From: an uncultured cyanobacterium | GTDB taxonomy: Bacteria > Cyanobacteriota > Cyanobacteriia > PCC-6307 > Cyanobiaceae | Direction of reading: 5' to 3' | Assembly: GCA_963765575.1 (NCBI GenBank) | Contig: CAVXWZ010000001.1 | Location: 256,001 to 320,000 of the forward strand | Length of the DNA: 64,000 bases | Part shown: positions 17,717 through 29,355 of the stretch, in pieces | How positions within the stretch are numbered: position 1 is the first letter of the stretch | Layout: each line of letters starts with the position of its first letter | The notes under the pieces: model-generated | Database searches by the model: none | Told to the model about the DNA's origin: nothing | The model's input: the letters and a program-made list of their open reading frames with translations, nothing else | Made by a program: the position numbers and the translations under genes

Positions 17717-20072
17717 TCAACCCGCTGGCTTCGCCAGCGGCAGCAGGCACTTGTCCGAATCACAGCCGGCGGGGCCCGCCTCCATCAGTTCGCCGCCGTC
17801 GTAGCGGGCCAGGGCTTCGAAGAAGTCCGCCTTGGAGCGGCGGGTTTCCACCTCCTGGTGCAGCTGCTGGTAGGTGGCCTTGTCGATCGGCTCAAACGGC
17901 AGCCGGGGGAAGGTGGCGTTGGCATCAAAGCGGGCCAGCAGCGCCGCTGAGATGTAGCCGAGACCCTCATCGACCGCAGCGTGGATGCGCTGGGCCAGCG
18001 GTTCGATCTCGTTCTCGCGGAACTCAATCGTGGCGCTGGTGTTGTGCGCGGTGTAGTGCTGCTGCACCTGCATGTAGAAATCAAACTGCGCCAGCGCTGA
18101 GAAGTTGTTGATCTCCACCGTGTCGGCACCGGGCAGGTTCGCCCAGCTCACCTCCGTGGGGATCTCCACCAGCCACTCGCTGCAGCGCGGATCGAAGGGA
18201 TCATCCAGCAGTCGCCCCTGTTCGTCCTTGTCGCTCTGGCTCGGCACGATCGTGTAGCCGTAGTCCATGCAGGCCAGCGCCACCGGATCGTTCTTGCGGA
18301 AGGTGATGCGGCGGATGAAGCGCTGCGCCTTGGGCGGATGCCAGCCGGGGCTGGCGCCGGTGAGCAGGCTCTTGGTGCCGGCCGGTTGCACCGTGGTGCA
18401 ACGGTTGGGGCGGCGGATGCCGTGGCGGTCGCAGTATTCAGCCACCGCTTCGTGCACGATGCGTTTCCAGCGCTGCAGGTAATCGGCCTCCCGCGCCTTG
18501 AACGCCCGGCCCTCCTCGGAATCGGGCCGGCCGGCCTCCCACCAGCGCAGCCAGGGCGTGCCGAAGGCATGCACGAAGAAGTCGAACAAACCCGTGAAGC
18601 TCACCCCCACGATCGGATCCCAGGCCCGGCTCTGGCGGTAGCGCTCCACCTCAAACTGATGGTTCAGCAGGCAGGCCACGGCGATCGCGGCGGCGCGGAA
18701 GGCCTCCTCCTGGGCCTGGAAGTCGGTGGGGTGGATCTGGTTGAGGTGGATCTCCGCCAGGTTGCAGTGGAAGTCGGCGCCGAGGATCTCGCCGCAGGGA
18801 TTGAGCCCGTAGCGGCTCAGGCGGTGCTCCAGCTCATCGCTCTCCAGGCCCGGGTGGTGCAGCAGCAGCCACTGGGCCGCCTGCTCGCGGCCCTGGTCGC
18901 AGTAGATGCCCACAAACTCCTCGCGCAGCTCGGCGGTGCTCAGCAGGTCGGCATTGGAGCGGGCGATCGCCTCGGGGGCGAACTGGATCGCCCCCTCGCC
19001 GCTCTGGAACTGCTTGGTCACCGCCTCCAGCACCGTCTGGTAGCTGGGCCTGGTGTGGAACACGCGCGTGTGGTTTGCCATCCGCAGCGAGTCGCGCTCC
19101 GGATCGATCCGCCAGTTGCCCTGCGCGTCCTGCTGCCAGAGGTTGTCCTTGGCGCCGGCCGCGGCCGTGTCCTCGGCCATGAACTGGCGCATGCCGGCGC
19201 TGCGGCGGATGTTGCCCGCCACGATCGTCACGGCGGCCTCATCGATCAGCAGGCAGCACTCCACCGAGGTCAGTTGTCGCCCCTGGGCCTTGTTGAGGAT
19301 CTGGGCCACGCGGGCGTAGAGGTCCTTGAGCTTCACCGGGTTGGCCATGCCGCCGAAGCCCTTGAGGGTTTCGCCCACCGGCCGCACATCGGAGAGATCC
19401 ACGCTCACCCGGATCGGCGCGCCGGCCTCAAAGCGCTCGTCGCTGCTCAGCTCCAGCAGCTGCTGGTAGCTGTCCACCCAGCCGCGGCGGGTGTCGCCCA
19501 CCTTGATCGCCACGCGCTGGCCGTCGATCGTGTGGGTGGTGTGCTGCTGGCGTTGGCCGGCCGGGGTGGCGCCGATGTCGGCCACGCCGGTGATTTCCAG
19601 GCGATTGCGCACCGCCGGCAGCCTCGAGATCAGCCGTGGCTCGATGATGGCGCCGGTGCCGCAGCCCATCATCGCCAGATCCATCATCAGCCCGAAGGCC
19701 TCCCAGTCCACCAGGTTGGTGGAGGTGCAGTTGTAGGCGCCGCTGAAGTTCTCCTGCTGCTCGATCCAGGGGGTGCCGCCGATCCACAGCCAGCGGCCCG
19801 AGGGCAACGACTTCTGCTGCAGCTGCATCCGCCGCAGCAGCTCCACCTCGGCCTCGCTGAGGTGGCCGAGCTGACGCAGGCCCTGCCAGGTTGCGCTCCA
19901 CCACCTGGTGCCAGCTTTCGCGGCCCGCCTCCTGGCGGCGGGAATAGGTGCGATAGAAGACGGGGTTGGCGGCTGGTGCCGTGGCCGGGAAATCGCCCCG
20001 CGCCGGGGCTGCGAAACCCTGTTCAGCGGTGGCGCGGGCCGCGACGGCGGGGGGCGTTGCGGAGAGGGTCAC
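17717..20072 (-). CDS. nrdJ: Class II (adenosylcobalamin-dependent) ribonucleoside-triphosphate reductase; one extra base near 19880 splits the ORF
   Basis: FPATAPAANPVFYRTYSRR in one frame; LPSGRWLW, AYNC, GLNPCGEI, TTVQPAGTKS, C-terminal GCDSDKC in the next. Confidence 0.95.
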
Positions 20073-20105
20073 GAGGGGAAATGGCCTTCGGTGGGCCGCA
20101 CCCTA

Positions 20106-20153
20106 ACGCCACTTGTGGTGTGTGCAAGGCGGCCCTGCCACCATGCCCAGCGT
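20106..20153. promoter_or_regulatory. Tandem NrdR boxes at the nrdJ promoter
   Basis: ACGCCACTTGTGGTGT (20106-20121) and weaker CCACCATGCCCAGCGT (20138-20153), 32 bp apart; minus-strand TAGGGT at 20100-20105. Confidence 0.65.
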
Positions 20154-20228
20154 GGAGCGGGCTCCCTAAAGTTTTGCCGCCACCCCGCCTGCAGCGCTTC
20201 GGCCACCCGCCGGTCCTGCCCCGAGCCT

Positions 20229-20813
20229 GTGGAGTTCGCCACCATCCCGGAAATCGCCCGCTGGCCGGCCCTGTTCCTGCTGGCTGTGCTGGCCTGGACG
20301 GCTCTGGGCTATGGCATTCACCGCCTGGCCCACCACGGCGCCGGCTGGAATCCGCTGGCGCGCCTCCACTGCGCCCACCACGCCCCCCGCTACCTCAGCG
20401 AGCCCCGTCCGCTGCGCTGGCATCACCTGCTGTTCTGGTTCGACACCAGGGAAGAAACGCTGGATGTGTGGTTCACCCTCACCCTGCCGGCCCTGCTGAT
20501 CGCAGCCCTGCTGCCCGCCCAGGGACCAGCCCTGCTGGGACTGCATTATCTCTACGAAGTTCTACTGAGTGACGGTCGTTTCGATCACAACCCCGCCATC
20601 ACTGGCCCGATCACCCGTGTGCTGGCCTGCGGCACCTACCACCTCGAACACCACCGCGACCCACGCCGGCACTTCGGATTGATCGTCACGCTCTGGGACC
20701 ACATCTTCGGCACCACCTCGCCGTCGTTGTTGTCGTCCGCCCCCGCTCCCCTCAGCGGCCTGCCGCAACGGGCGCAACCCCAGCCGGTGGACGGAACTGA
20801 CCCTTCCGTTTAA
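20229..20813 (+). CDS. Sterol desaturase / fatty acid hydroxylase superfamily membrane protein
   Basis: His boxes HRLAH, HCAHH, HLEHH; WDHIFGT; start uncertain. Confidence 0.8.
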   Translation: MEFATIPEIARWPALFLLAVLAWTALGYGIHRLAHHGAGWNPLARLHCAHHAPRYLSEPRPLRWHHLLFWFDTREETLDVWFTLTLPALLIAALLPAQGPALLGLHYLYEVLLSDGRFDHNPAITGPITRVLACGTYHLEHHRDPRRHFGLIVTLWDHIFGTTSPSLLSSAPAPLSGLPQRAQPQPVDGTDPSV

Positions 20814-20845
20814 CTTCACGGCGAAGGCAACGAATTGATTCCGCC

Positions 20846-22635
20846 ATGGTCGTGGTTCGCCAAGGCGTTTCGGTGCAAAGCCAAGAGCACAACCCTCCGG
20901 TCTGGCGCTTGCCGCGGTGGCAGCCGGGTCGATGGCGTGTCGCCCCCACCCTGGCCCTGATTTTCACCGTGACGGTAACAACCGCTACGGCGATCAATGG
21001 TGCGATGGTGATCTCCCAAAGCATGGATATCGCCAGGCAGAACACCACCAAGCGCCTGCAGGAGATCACCCGCTCCCTGGCGGCCAAGATCGATGCCGAT
21101 GGTCTCGCCACCCTGCAGGACTCCTCCCAGAGCGCTGACCCGATTTATCTGCGCACCCACGCGCTGCTGAAGCAGACCCGCTTCCAGGTGGAAGGGGTGG
21201 GGTTCGTGTACACGCTGCGCAAGGTGAAGGGAACCCCCGCGGACGAGTTCTCCCGTTACAGCTTCGTTGTGGACGGCACCCCCTACGGCAGTGAGGACTA
21301 CGAGCCGATCGGGGCGGTCATGACCACCAGTTCCAGCACCGACTCGCTGCATCGGGTGTGGGAGACGGGTCAGTTTGAGGCCGACCGCAGCTTCGTGACC
21401 GACGAATGGGGCACCTGGCTGTCGGGCTACTACCCCCTGTTTCGGCGCGACGGCAGCTTCGAGGTTGTGCTGGGGGTCGACATCATCTCCGACCATGTCA
21501 TCGACGAGCGCCAGCGCATCCTGTAACCCTCTCCCAGGGGTATCTGCTCAGCCTGCTGATCCTCTTGCCCACAGCTGCCTTCCTGGGGCGCCGCATCAGC
21601 AGTCCGCTGCGCCGCATCAATGGGCGCCTGCTGGCGATCTCCCAGCTCGACTTCGATCCCGACAGATCACCACCGCCGATCACCGGCCGCTGGGTCCATG
21701 AGATCCACGAGATATCCGATTCGATGGAGCGTGTGGAGAGCGCGCTGGTGGATTTCAAACGTTATGTTCCCGCCAAGCTGGTGCGCAAGTTGGTGCTCAA
21801 CAGCGACCAGATATGTCTCGATGGCGAGGTGCGCAAACTGGCGATCCTGTTCACCGACATCATCGGCTTCACCCGGATCACCGAAGCTCTGGATCCCCAG
21901 CTGACCCTTAATGCCCTCAACGACTACTTCACCATCATCAACGACGCCGCTGAAGCCACCCAGGGTGTGGTCGACAAGTACATGGGCGACTCGGCGTTGT
22001 TGTTCTGGGGGGCGCCCGATGCCATCGACCATCCCGCCCGCTCCGCGGTGGATGCCGCGCTGGACTGCCATCGGCGCCTGGAGGAGCTCAATGAGCGCTG
22101 GCAGCGGCAGGGCACACAGCTGAACTTCTCCACCGGCTTCGGGCTCGACTTCGGCTCGGTGGTGGTGGGAAATATGGGCTCGGAAAGCCGGGTCAACTAC
22201 ACGATCGTGGGCGACCGGGTGAACCTCTGCAGCCGGGTGGAAACCGTGAATCGCCGCTACGGCACCCGCATCCTCGCCACGCGATCACTGGTCGAGGCGC
22301 TCGGCCCGAGCCGGGAGCGCTACTTGATCGTCAAGATCGACGAAGCCCATCTGCGTGGCATCACCCAGCCGGTGGAACTGTTCGAAATCCGCGGCGTCCG
22401 CGACGAGCTCGATCCGGCCGAGCTGGCCTTCGCCGCCAGCTTCGAGGCCGCCAGAGCCACGGCCCAGGCGGGACGCCGCGCCGATGCCATCGCGATGCTG
22501 CAGGCGCTGCCCGAACGCTTCGGCAGTCTGCCCTACGTGCTCCAGGCGCTGCATGCCTGGGAGCGCGGCGACGAACACCACCGCGCCCCGGCTCCCCTGC
22601 CGGGTCTGCCCTCCCGCCGGGATCCCGAACCCTGA
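20846..22635 (+). CDS. Membrane sensor adenylate/guanylate cyclase (TM-sensor-TM-HAMP-class III cyclase); one base missing near 21523
   Basis: [13 protein letters not shown] sensor in first [47 protein letters not shown] in second. Confidence 0.85.
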
Positions 22636-23063
22636 TGGGGCTACAAATTCCGCACCGGATCGCTGCCAGCCCCATCCACGGCCAGGGGGTGTTCAGCCTC
22701 TTGCGGCTCGAGCCCGGCGCCCTGCTCTGGCGCTACGAGCCCGGCCTCGACCGAGCCGTGTGCCTGGCGGGACTGCCCGAGCGACAATGCCTCGATCTGC
22801 TCCACTACGGCTACACCAATCCCCGCCGGCCGGGCTGGGTGGTGGTGTGCGGCGATGCCGCCAGCTTCTGGAACTTTCCGCCCCCCGGCGATCCCGCCAA
22901 TGCGGTGCTTTCCCCCCGCACCGCCCACGGGGAGCATCTGGTGATCGCCGCCCGCCGGATCGAAACGGGCGAAGAGCTGCTGATCGAGCCCGCCTCCGAC
23001 CCCGACTACGCCCGCAAGCTCATGCACCTGCTGGCCCAGCCGGCGGGCCAGGCGGTGACATGA
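22635..23063 (+). CDS. SET-domain protein (divergent)
   Basis: SPIHGQGVF and [16 protein letters not shown] motif appears replaced by NFP. Confidence 0.75.
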   Translation: MGLQIPHRIAASPIHGQGVFSLLRLEPGALLWRYEPGLDRAVCLAGLPERQCLDLLHYGYTNPRRPGWVVVCGDAASFWNFPPPGDPANAVLSPRTAHGEHLVIAARRIETGEELLIEPASDPDYARKLMHLLAQPAGQAVT

Positions 23064-24721
23064 CCAGCAATCCCGCCACGGCCGTCAGCCGCGAGTTGGG
23101 AGACCTCGACGTGGGCCTGCTGCGTCAGGAGGTGGAAAAACGTCGCAACTTCGCGATCATTTCCCACCCTGACGCCGGCAAAACGACGCTCACTGAAAAA
23201 CTTCTGCTCTATGGCGGCGCCATCCAGCAGGCCGGAGCGGTCAAGGCCAAGGGCGAGCAGCGCAAGGTGACCTCCGACTGGATGGAGCTCGAGAAGCAAC
23301 GCGGCATCTCGATCACCTCCACCGTGCTGCAGTTCGACTACCACGGCAACACGGTCAACCTGCTTGACACCCCCGGTCACCAGGACTTCTCGGAAGACAC
23401 CTACCGCACCCTGGCGGCGGCCGATAACGCCGTGATGCTCGAGGACGCTGCCAAGGGCCTCGAACCCCAGACCCGCAAGTTGTTTGAGGTGTGCCGCCTG
23501 CGGCGCATTCCGATCTTCACCTTCATCAACAAGATGGACCGGCCGGGGCGCGAACCTCTGGCGCTGATCGATGAGATCGAGCAGGAGCTGAACCTGGCCT
23601 GCTGGCCGGTGAACTGGCCGATCGGCAGCGGCGACCGCTTCCGCGGTGTCATCGATCGCCGCAGCCATCAGCTGATCCTCTTCGACCGCGCCGACCGCGG
23701 CAAGCAGGCCGCCGAGCGCAGCCTCTCGGTGGCCGCGGCCCGCGCCAGCGGTGCCGTGGAGAGCGAGCTGCTCGACCAGGCCCTCGAAGAGCTGGAGCTG
23801 CTGGAGGGCGCTGGCGCTGAGCTGGATCTCGAGCAGGTGCGCGCCGGTGAGCTCAGCCCGGTGTTCTTCGGTTCGGCGATGACCAACTTCGGTGTGCGGC
23901 CCTTCCTCGATGCCTTCCTGGAGCTGGCCCAGAAGCCCGTGGCCCGCACCAGCAGCGCCGGCCCGGTGGATCCGGTGGGACCGGGCTTCAGCGGCTTTGT
24001 GTTCAAGCTCCAGGCCAACATGGACCCGCGCCACCGCGACCGGGTGGCCTTCGTGCGGGTGTGCTCCGGCCGGTTCGAAAAAGACATGAGCGTGCAGCAC
24101 GCCCGCACCGGCCGCACGATCCGGCTCTCCCGGCCCCAGAAGCTCTTCGGCCAGGACCGCGAGGTGGTGGAGGACGCCTACCCCGGCGATGTGATCGGCC
24201 TCAACAATCCCGGTGTGTTCGCCATCGGCGACACCCTCTACCTCGGCCCGAAGGTGGAATACGAGGGCATCCCCTGCTTCAGCCCCGAGATCTTTGCCTG
24301 GCTGCGCAACCCCAACCCCTCGGCCTTCAAGACCTTTCGCAAAGGCGTCAACGAGCTGCGCGAGGAGGGGGCGGTGCAGATCCTCTACGACACCGACGAG
24401 AGCAAGCGCGACCCGATTCTGGCGGCGGTGGGCCAGCTGCAGCTCGAGGTGGTGCAATACCGGCTGGAGCACGAATACGGCGTTCAGACCCGCCTCGAGC
24501 CCCTCGGCTTCACGGTGGCCCGCTGGGTGGTGGGCGGCTGGCCGGCCTTGGAGCAGGTGGGCCGCATCTTCAACTGCAAAACCGTGCGCGATGCCTGGAA
24601 CCGGCCGGTGCTGCTGTTTCGCAACGACTGGAACCTGGACCAGCTGCACGGGGAGCAGCCCGATCTCGAGCTCAGCGCCGTGGCGCCGGTGGTGAGTGGG
24701 GTGGAGCCGATCGGGCTCTGA
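23060..24721 (+). CDS. prfC: Peptide chain release factor 3
   Basis: [40 protein letters not shown]. Confidence 0.97.
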   Translation: MTSNPATAVSRELGDLDVGLLRQEVEKRRNFAIISHPDAGKTTLTEKLLLYGGAIQQAGAVKAKGEQRKVTSDWMELEKQRGISITSTVLQFDYHGNTVNLLDTPGHQDFSEDTYRTLAAADNAVMLEDAAKGLEPQTRKLFEVCRLRRIPIFTFINKMDRPGREPLALIDEIEQELNLACWPVNWPIGSGDRFRGVIDRRSHQLILFDRADRGKQAAERSLSVAAARASGAVESELLDQALEELELLEGAGAELDLEQVRAGELSPVFFGSAMTNFGVRPFLDAFLELAQKPVARTSSAGPVDPVGPGFSGFVFKLQANMDPRHRDRVAFVRVCSGRFEKDMSVQHARTGRTIRLSRPQKLFGQDREVVEDAYPGDVIGLNNPGVFAIGDTLYLGPKVEYEGIPCFSPEIFAWLRNPNPSAFKTFRKGVNELREEGAVQILYDTDESKRDPILAAVGQLQLEVVQYRLEHEYGVQTRLEPLGFTVARWVVGGWPALEQVGRIFNCKTVRDAWNRPVLLFRNDWNLDQLHGEQPDLELSAVAPVVSGVEPIGL

Positions 24722-24795
24722 CCAGGGCTCGAATTCGCCGCCCCACGCTGGCCCCCGCAGCGCGCCAGACTGAGATGTAACAAACCGTCAAGACG

Positions 24796-25041
24796 ATGCC
24801 GGATCCGGTCTGGCTGGTGCGCCCCCGAGCCGATGGGGGCTGGGATTACGTCAGTTTTCAGAGCCAGTCCGGCGGGGAGCCCACAACCCTGCTCAGCGTC
24901 GAGATGCTGGAGGGCAGCCACCTGCCCCCCCAGATGCCGCTGCTCAAGCGCCGCCATCACCTCGACCCCGCCGAGGCCGAGCGCCAGCGCCAGCTGCTGC
25001 AGCGCGAGGGTGGATTCCGTTGCAGCAAGCCCCTGTTCTGA
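24796..25041 (+). CDS. Hypothetical protein, 81 aa
   Basis: WLVRPRADGGWDYVSF, PPQMPLLKRR; fills gap between prfC and CPP1-like gene. Confidence 0.7.
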   Translation: MPDPVWLVRPRADGGWDYVSFQSQSGGEPTTLLSVEMLEGSHLPPQMPLLKRRHHLDPAEAERQRQLLQREGGFRCSKPLF

Positions 25042-25104
25042 GGTTGGCTCGATACGCTCTATGCAGGCAGAGTCAGTCCCCCGCCGCCCCGGTCGCCCCC
25101 GCCG

Positions 25105-25800
25105 ATGTCCGATCTCCTCGAGCCGCCCTCCGATTCCGGATCGGGCTCCGGTCCCGACCCTGGGGCAGGCCCCTATGAGCGGTTGGGGCTGACGCCCGAT
25201 GCCAGCTTCGATGAGGTGCAGGCCGCCCGTCAGGCCCGCCTCAACGACGTCGGCGATGACCCCATGGCCCGCGCCCGGGTGGAGTCGGCCTACGACTCCG
25301 TGCTCATGGATCGCCTCAAGGAGCGCCAGCAGGGACGGGTGAGCACCGCCGCTCGCACGGCCTCGGCCCGTGAGCAGGTGGCACCGCCGCCGCCGCGCCC
25401 GTCGCTGCCCTCCCTGCCCAAGGTGTCCCTGCCCCGGGTGGCCACCCCCAACCTCGCGGCTCCCAACCTGGCGATGGCCGAGGGCGACGACCGCTTGCTG
25501 GCCCTGGGCGGTTTCGGGGCGCTGGCGACCCTGCTGCTGCTGGTTCCCAGTGCCCCCGCCGAACTGCTGCTGGCCCTCGGCACCGGCCTGTGTGTGGTGG
25601 TGCTGCAGCGCCGCCGTCGCCGCTTCCTGGCCGCTGTGGGCTGGAGTTTCGGCCTGCTCAGCCTCGGCCTGCTGATCGGCGGGCTGCTGGCCAGCGGCGC
25701 CGCCGCTTCCGTCGCCCTGGGCTTTCCGCTCAACCTGGCCCAGGTGCAGAGCGCCCCGGCCCTGCTGCTGCTGCTGCTCGGCGCCCTGCTGGTGGCCTGA
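25105..25800 (+). CDS. CPP1-like (J-like domain plus TM; DUF3353) protein
   Basis: PYERLGLTPDASFDEVQAAR, VESAYDSVLMDRLKERQQG, C-terminal TMs. Confidence 0.88.
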   Translation: MSDLLEPPSDSGSGSGPDPGAGPYERLGLTPDASFDEVQAARQARLNDVGDDPMARARVESAYDSVLMDRLKERQQGRVSTAARTASAREQVAPPPPRPSLPSLPKVSLPRVATPNLAAPNLAMAEGDDRLLALGGFGALATLLLLVPSAPAELLLALGTGLCVVVLQRRRRRFLAAVGWSFGLLSLGLLIGGLLASGAAASVALGFPLNLAQVQSAPALLLLLLGALLVA

Positions 25801-25826
25801 GCCGCCAGAGAGGGCCCAGAGGCTGC

Positions 25827-26750
25827 TCAGCGGGCCACCGGTGTCAGGGTGTCGATCAGCTCCCGCAGCTCGCCGGCATCGACCCGATACACCGCCGAGC
25901 AGAAGTGACAGGTGAGTTCGGCCTGGCCGTCCTCCTCCAGCATGTTGCTGAGCTCGTCACGGCCCAGCAGTTGCAGGGCGCCGAGGCTGCGCTCACGGCT
26001 GCAGCGGCAGGCGAACCGCACTGGCGTGGCGGCGCTGCCGGCGATCCCCAGCGGTTGGGGATCGAGGTCGGGAAAGATGTCCTCCAGCAGGCTCTGCAGC
26101 TGGCCCTCGCAGGCCGCCAGCCGCTGGGGGAAGCCCGTGACCTCGCGGCAGCGCTGCTCCAGCAGTGCCACCAGGGCCGGCTCCTCGGCGGCCTTCGGCA
26201 ACACCTGCACCAGCACCCCGCCGCTGCACTGGATGCCCTCGCTGTCGATCTGCTCGCCCACGAACACCGCCGACGGCGTCTGCTCCGAGTGCAGCAGATA
26301 GGAGGCGAGGTCATCGCCGATGCCACCACTCACCAGCTCCACCGTGGAGCTGTAGGGCTCGCCCTCGCCCAGGTCGCGCACCACATGCAGGTAGCCGGTG
26401 CCGGTGGCGGTGCGGAAGTCGAAGTGGTGGCCGCCGCCTGCTTCCGCCACCAGATCCAGCTCCAGGGCGGGGTTGCCCACGTAGCCGCGCACGCTGCCGT
26501 CGCGCCCGGCATCCACCATCAGGCCCCGCAGGGGGCCGTCGGAGGCGATGCGCAGGTTCACCCGGCCGTGGGCCACCTTCATCGAGCTCGCCAGCAGCAG
26601 GCCGGCGGTCATCGCCCGCCCCAGCAGGGCGGAGGCCAGAAACGACAGCTGGTGCCGCCGGGCCGCCTCGCGACTGGTGGCGCTCGTGCTCACGGCCACC
26701 AGGCGGATGCCACCTCCGGCGGCTGTGGCCCGCAGCAGCTGGTCGGTCAT
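25827..26750 (-). CDS. hslO: Hsp33 redox-regulated chaperone
   Basis: [16 protein letters not shown], Zn motif CRCS...CHFC. Confidence 0.95.
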   Translation of the reverse strand: MTDQLLRATAAGGGIRLVAVSTSATSREAARRHQLSFLASALLGRAMTAGLLLASSMKVAHGRVNLRIASDGPLRGLMVDAGRDGSVRGYVGNPALELDLVAEAGGGHHFDFRTATGTGYLHVVRDLGEGEPYSSTVELVSGGIGDDLASYLLHSEQTPSAVFVGEQIDSEGIQCSGGVLVQVLPKAAEEPALVALLEQRCREVTGFPQRLAACEGQLQSLLEDIFPDLDPQPLGIAGSAATPVRFACRCSRERSLGALQLLGRDELSNMLEEDGQAELTCHFCSAVYRVDAGELRELIDTLTPVAR

Positions 26751-27418
26751 GCAGGGCGTTCGGTTGCGGGCATGGTACGGAGCGTCTCCGGGGCCATGGG
26801 GCTCAGTCGCCCCTGCTCCAGCCGCCAGCTCAGCGGCTCCAGCGCCCTGAACAGCTCCGGCTCGTGGGTCACCACCAGCACCACCCGCTCCTTGGCCAGA
26901 TCGCCCAGCAGCGCCACCACATCACTGCGCACCGCCCAGTCGAGGCCGGCGGTGGGCTCATCCAGCAGCAGCACCTGCGCATCGCGCAGCAGCTGCACCG
27001 CCAGCGCCAGCCGCCGTTGCTGGCCGCCGCTGAGCCGCTCGGGCTGTTGCTGGAGCGAAAGCTGGCCCAGACCCACCCGCTCCAGCGCCCGCTCCAGCTG
27101 CCCGGCCTCCAGGCGCCGGTGACCCAGGCGCAGCTCCTGCGCCACCGTGAGGCCGAGGAAATGGCGTTCAGGAAACTGGAACACCAGTCCGCACAGCCAG
27201 CGGCGCTGGCGGCCGCTGAGCGGCTCGTCGTTCCAGCGGATGCGGCCCCGCTCCGGTTCGGCCAGCCCGCTGATCACCTCCATCAGGGTGGTCTTGCCGC
27301 CACCGCTGGGGCCCGCCACCAGCCCCAGGCGACCGGGACCCAGCTGCAGATTCACGTCCTCAAGCACCGGCCGGGCCGCCGTGGCCGGCTGGTAGCGCAC
27401 CCCGCGGAGTTCCAGCAT
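26747..27418 (-). CDS. ABC transporter ATP-binding protein (EcfA/CbiO-like)
   Basis: [31 protein letters not shown]. Confidence 0.9.
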   Translation of the reverse strand: MLELRGVRYQPATAARPVLEDVNLQLGPGRLGLVAGPSGGGKTTLMEVISGLAEPERGRIRWNDEPLSGRQRRWLCGLVFQFPERHFLGLTVAQELRLGHRRLEAGQLERALERVGLGQLSLQQQPERLSGGQQRRLALAVQLLRDAQVLLLDEPTAGLDWAVRSDVVALLGDLAKERVVLVVTHEPELFRALEPLSWRLEQGRLSPMAPETLRTMPATERPA

Positions 27419-27519
27419 CACCCCAGCATGGCCCGCCAGCAGCAGGCCCTGGCCGGGGGGCAGCGTGGGCTGGTGTGGGATCGTGAGGCCCCTGCCCCAC
27501 CGCCCCCGAGGCCGTTTCC

Positions 27520-27975
27520 ATGGAGGTCCGCTTCCGCGAGATCGACCCCTTCAACTGCTGGATCTGGCTGCGTTTTCCCCATCCCCCCGGCCAGGGGGAG
27601 CGGGGCTATGTGGAAACCGTCTTCGACAGCTGGTTCTTTCTCGGCAAGCTGGGCGGCTTCAACGCCGAGAACCTGCAGGCCCATGAGGCCGATGGCGGCG
27701 AGCTGGGCTGGCTGGCCTACGACGGCGAAGAGGCCGAAACCGCCCAGCGGGCGCTGATGCACACCATGGGCCGCCTGGAATACCAGGGCGCCTGGGCCCG
27801 CTGCTGGGTGGACCTGGGCCTCAGTGACGCCCTGGCGGTCGACGTGCTGATCAACACCTTCAACCAGCTCAACCGCGATGTGGTGGAGATCGATGAACTG
27901 GTGATCGGTGGTGTCAACGAAGACTGGCCGGTCGAGGAGCAGCCCGAGGAGTTGCTGCCCTTCGCCGGCAGCTGA
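27520..27975 (+). CDS. DUF3531 family protein
   Basis: MEVRFREIDPFNCWIW, FDSWFFLGKLGGFNAENLQ, WARCWVDLG. Confidence 0.85.
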   Translation: MEVRFREIDPFNCWIWLRFPHPPGQGERGYVETVFDSWFFLGKLGGFNAENLQAHEADGGELGWLAYDGEEAETAQRALMHTMGRLEYQGAWARCWVDLGLSDALAVDVLINTFNQLNRDVVEIDELVIGGVNEDWPVEEQPEELLPFAGS

Positions 27976-27986
27976 GCGGGGCGGCG

Positions 27987-28832
27987 GTGGCGCGGGAGTG
28001 GCGACGGTTGCTGGTGCCCCCCGAGCGGCTGGCTGCCGCCTCAGCGGGGCCGCGGCAGGGCAGCGGAGCGGCGTTGGCGCTGGAGCCGTCCGAACTGCAC
28101 TACCTGCGCCGGGTGCTGCGGCTGCGCCCCGGTCAACGCCTGGCGCTGGTGGATGGGGCCGGCCATCTCTGGAGTGCCACCCTGGCTGCCGCTGAAGGGG
28201 CCGCTGGCCATCGCGGTGGCGCCGTGCTCGAGCAGCCGCTGCAGCGGCCCCTGCTCAGCGAGCCTCCCCCCGCCCCTGCCCTGCAGCTGGCGGTGGCCCT
28301 GCCCCGCCAGGACGCCGATGTGCTGCTGCGCATGGCCTGCGAGCTGGGCATCGATCGCTTCACGCCCCTGAAGGCGGCGCGCAGCGCCGCGGCCGAACCG
28401 CTGCGACCCCAGCGTCAGAGCGCGATCCTGCGGGAGGCGCTGGAGCAGTGCGAGCGGCTGTGGCTGCCCCGCCTCGACGCTGTCCAGGCCGCCGTTGCGG
28501 TGCTGGCGCCGCCAGCGCCAGGGGCCAGCGCCGCCGCGCAGTTGCGGCTGCTGGCCACCACCCGCCGGGCCGGTCTGCCGTCCCTGGAGCAGTGCCTGCA
28601 GGCGAGCCCGCCAGAGCTGCGGGCGGGCACGGTGGTGGTGGCGATCGGCCCTGAGGGTGGCTGGACCCCCGAGGAGGAGCAGGCGGCCGAAACGGCGGGC
28701 TGGCGGCCGGTGCATCTGGGGGGGGCGATCCTGCGCACCTCCACCGCCGCCATAACCGCCGCCGCCCTGCTGAGCGCCTGGCGCCGGGGGCTGGCCGTCA
28801 GCTGCGGAACATCTCGTCCACCATCCCCTTGA
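27987..28832 (+). CDS. rsmE: 16S rRNA m3U1498 methyltransferase
   Basis: HYLRRVLRL, REALEQCER, IGPEGGW, ILRTSTA. Confidence 0.93.
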   Translation: MAREWRRLLVPPERLAAASAGPRQGSGAALALEPSELHYLRRVLRLRPGQRLALVDGAGHLWSATLAAAEGAAGHRGGAVLEQPLQRPLLSEPPPAPALQLAVALPRQDADVLLRMACELGIDRFTPLKAARSAAAEPLRPQRQSAILREALEQCERLWLPRLDAVQAAVAVLAPPAPGASAAAQLRLLATTRRAGLPSLEQCLQASPPELRAGTVVVAIGPEGGWTPEEEQAAETAGWRPVHLGGAILRTSTAAITAAALLSAWRRGLAVSCGTSRPPSP

Positions 28833-29256
28833 ACAGGCCCAGGTTGGCGCCGGCGCGGCGGCGGCTGGTGGGCACCGCATTGGCTGGATTGAGGCAGTCC
28901 GGCGCGAAGGTGACCGTGCTGGGAGTGGGTTGGGCCTCCTGGGCCGCCCGCAGCTCGGCGGCCATCGCCTCGGCGGTGGTGAGCGCCGGCTGAGCGCCGG
29001 AGGCTGCTGCTGCCACGGCAACTGCCGCTGCCACGGCAACTGGCGCTGCGGCCGGCTCGCTCGTGGTCGCGGGTTGCTGAGCGGCGGCGGGCGGCATGGC
29101 CTCGGGCTGGGCCGGCGGCTGGCTGGGAGCGGCCGCTGGCTTGCTCTCTGGGGACGGACTCTGGGGGGGCTTGCTCGCCAGGGGGTCAGCCTCGGCGGGT
29201 TTGCCGCCGGCGTTGCTGAGGTCGAGGAAGAAGGGGCTCTTGCGCTTGAAGATCAT
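28798..29256 (-). CDS. Hypothetical Pro/Ala-rich protein
   Basis: C-terminal TFAPDCL...RRRAGANLGLFKGM; low-complexity middle. Confidence 0.7.
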   Translation of the reverse strand: MIFKRKSPFFLDLSNAGGKPAEADPLASKPPQSPSPESKPAAAPSQPPAQPEAMPPAAAQQPATTSEPAAAPVAVAAAVAVAAAASGAQPALTTAEAMAAELRAAQEAQPTPSTVTFAPDCLNPANAVPTSRRRAGANLGLFKGMVDEMFRS

Positions 29257-29355
29257 CGACACCACCAACACGTGGGGCGATTATCCGCCGTCACGGGGCC
29301 CCATCGAACCCGCGCTTACGGGTGTGCAACACACTGGGGCCCCGCCGCTGCCGCC

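Noticed and set aside
17717..20072. Intein or programmed frameshift in nrdJ
   Set aside because: Length is normal, no intein motifs, and no slippery heptamer at the break
20073..20228. Cobalamin riboswitch upstream of nrdJ
   Set aside because: Leader too short and no B12-box seen; NrdR boxes explain the region
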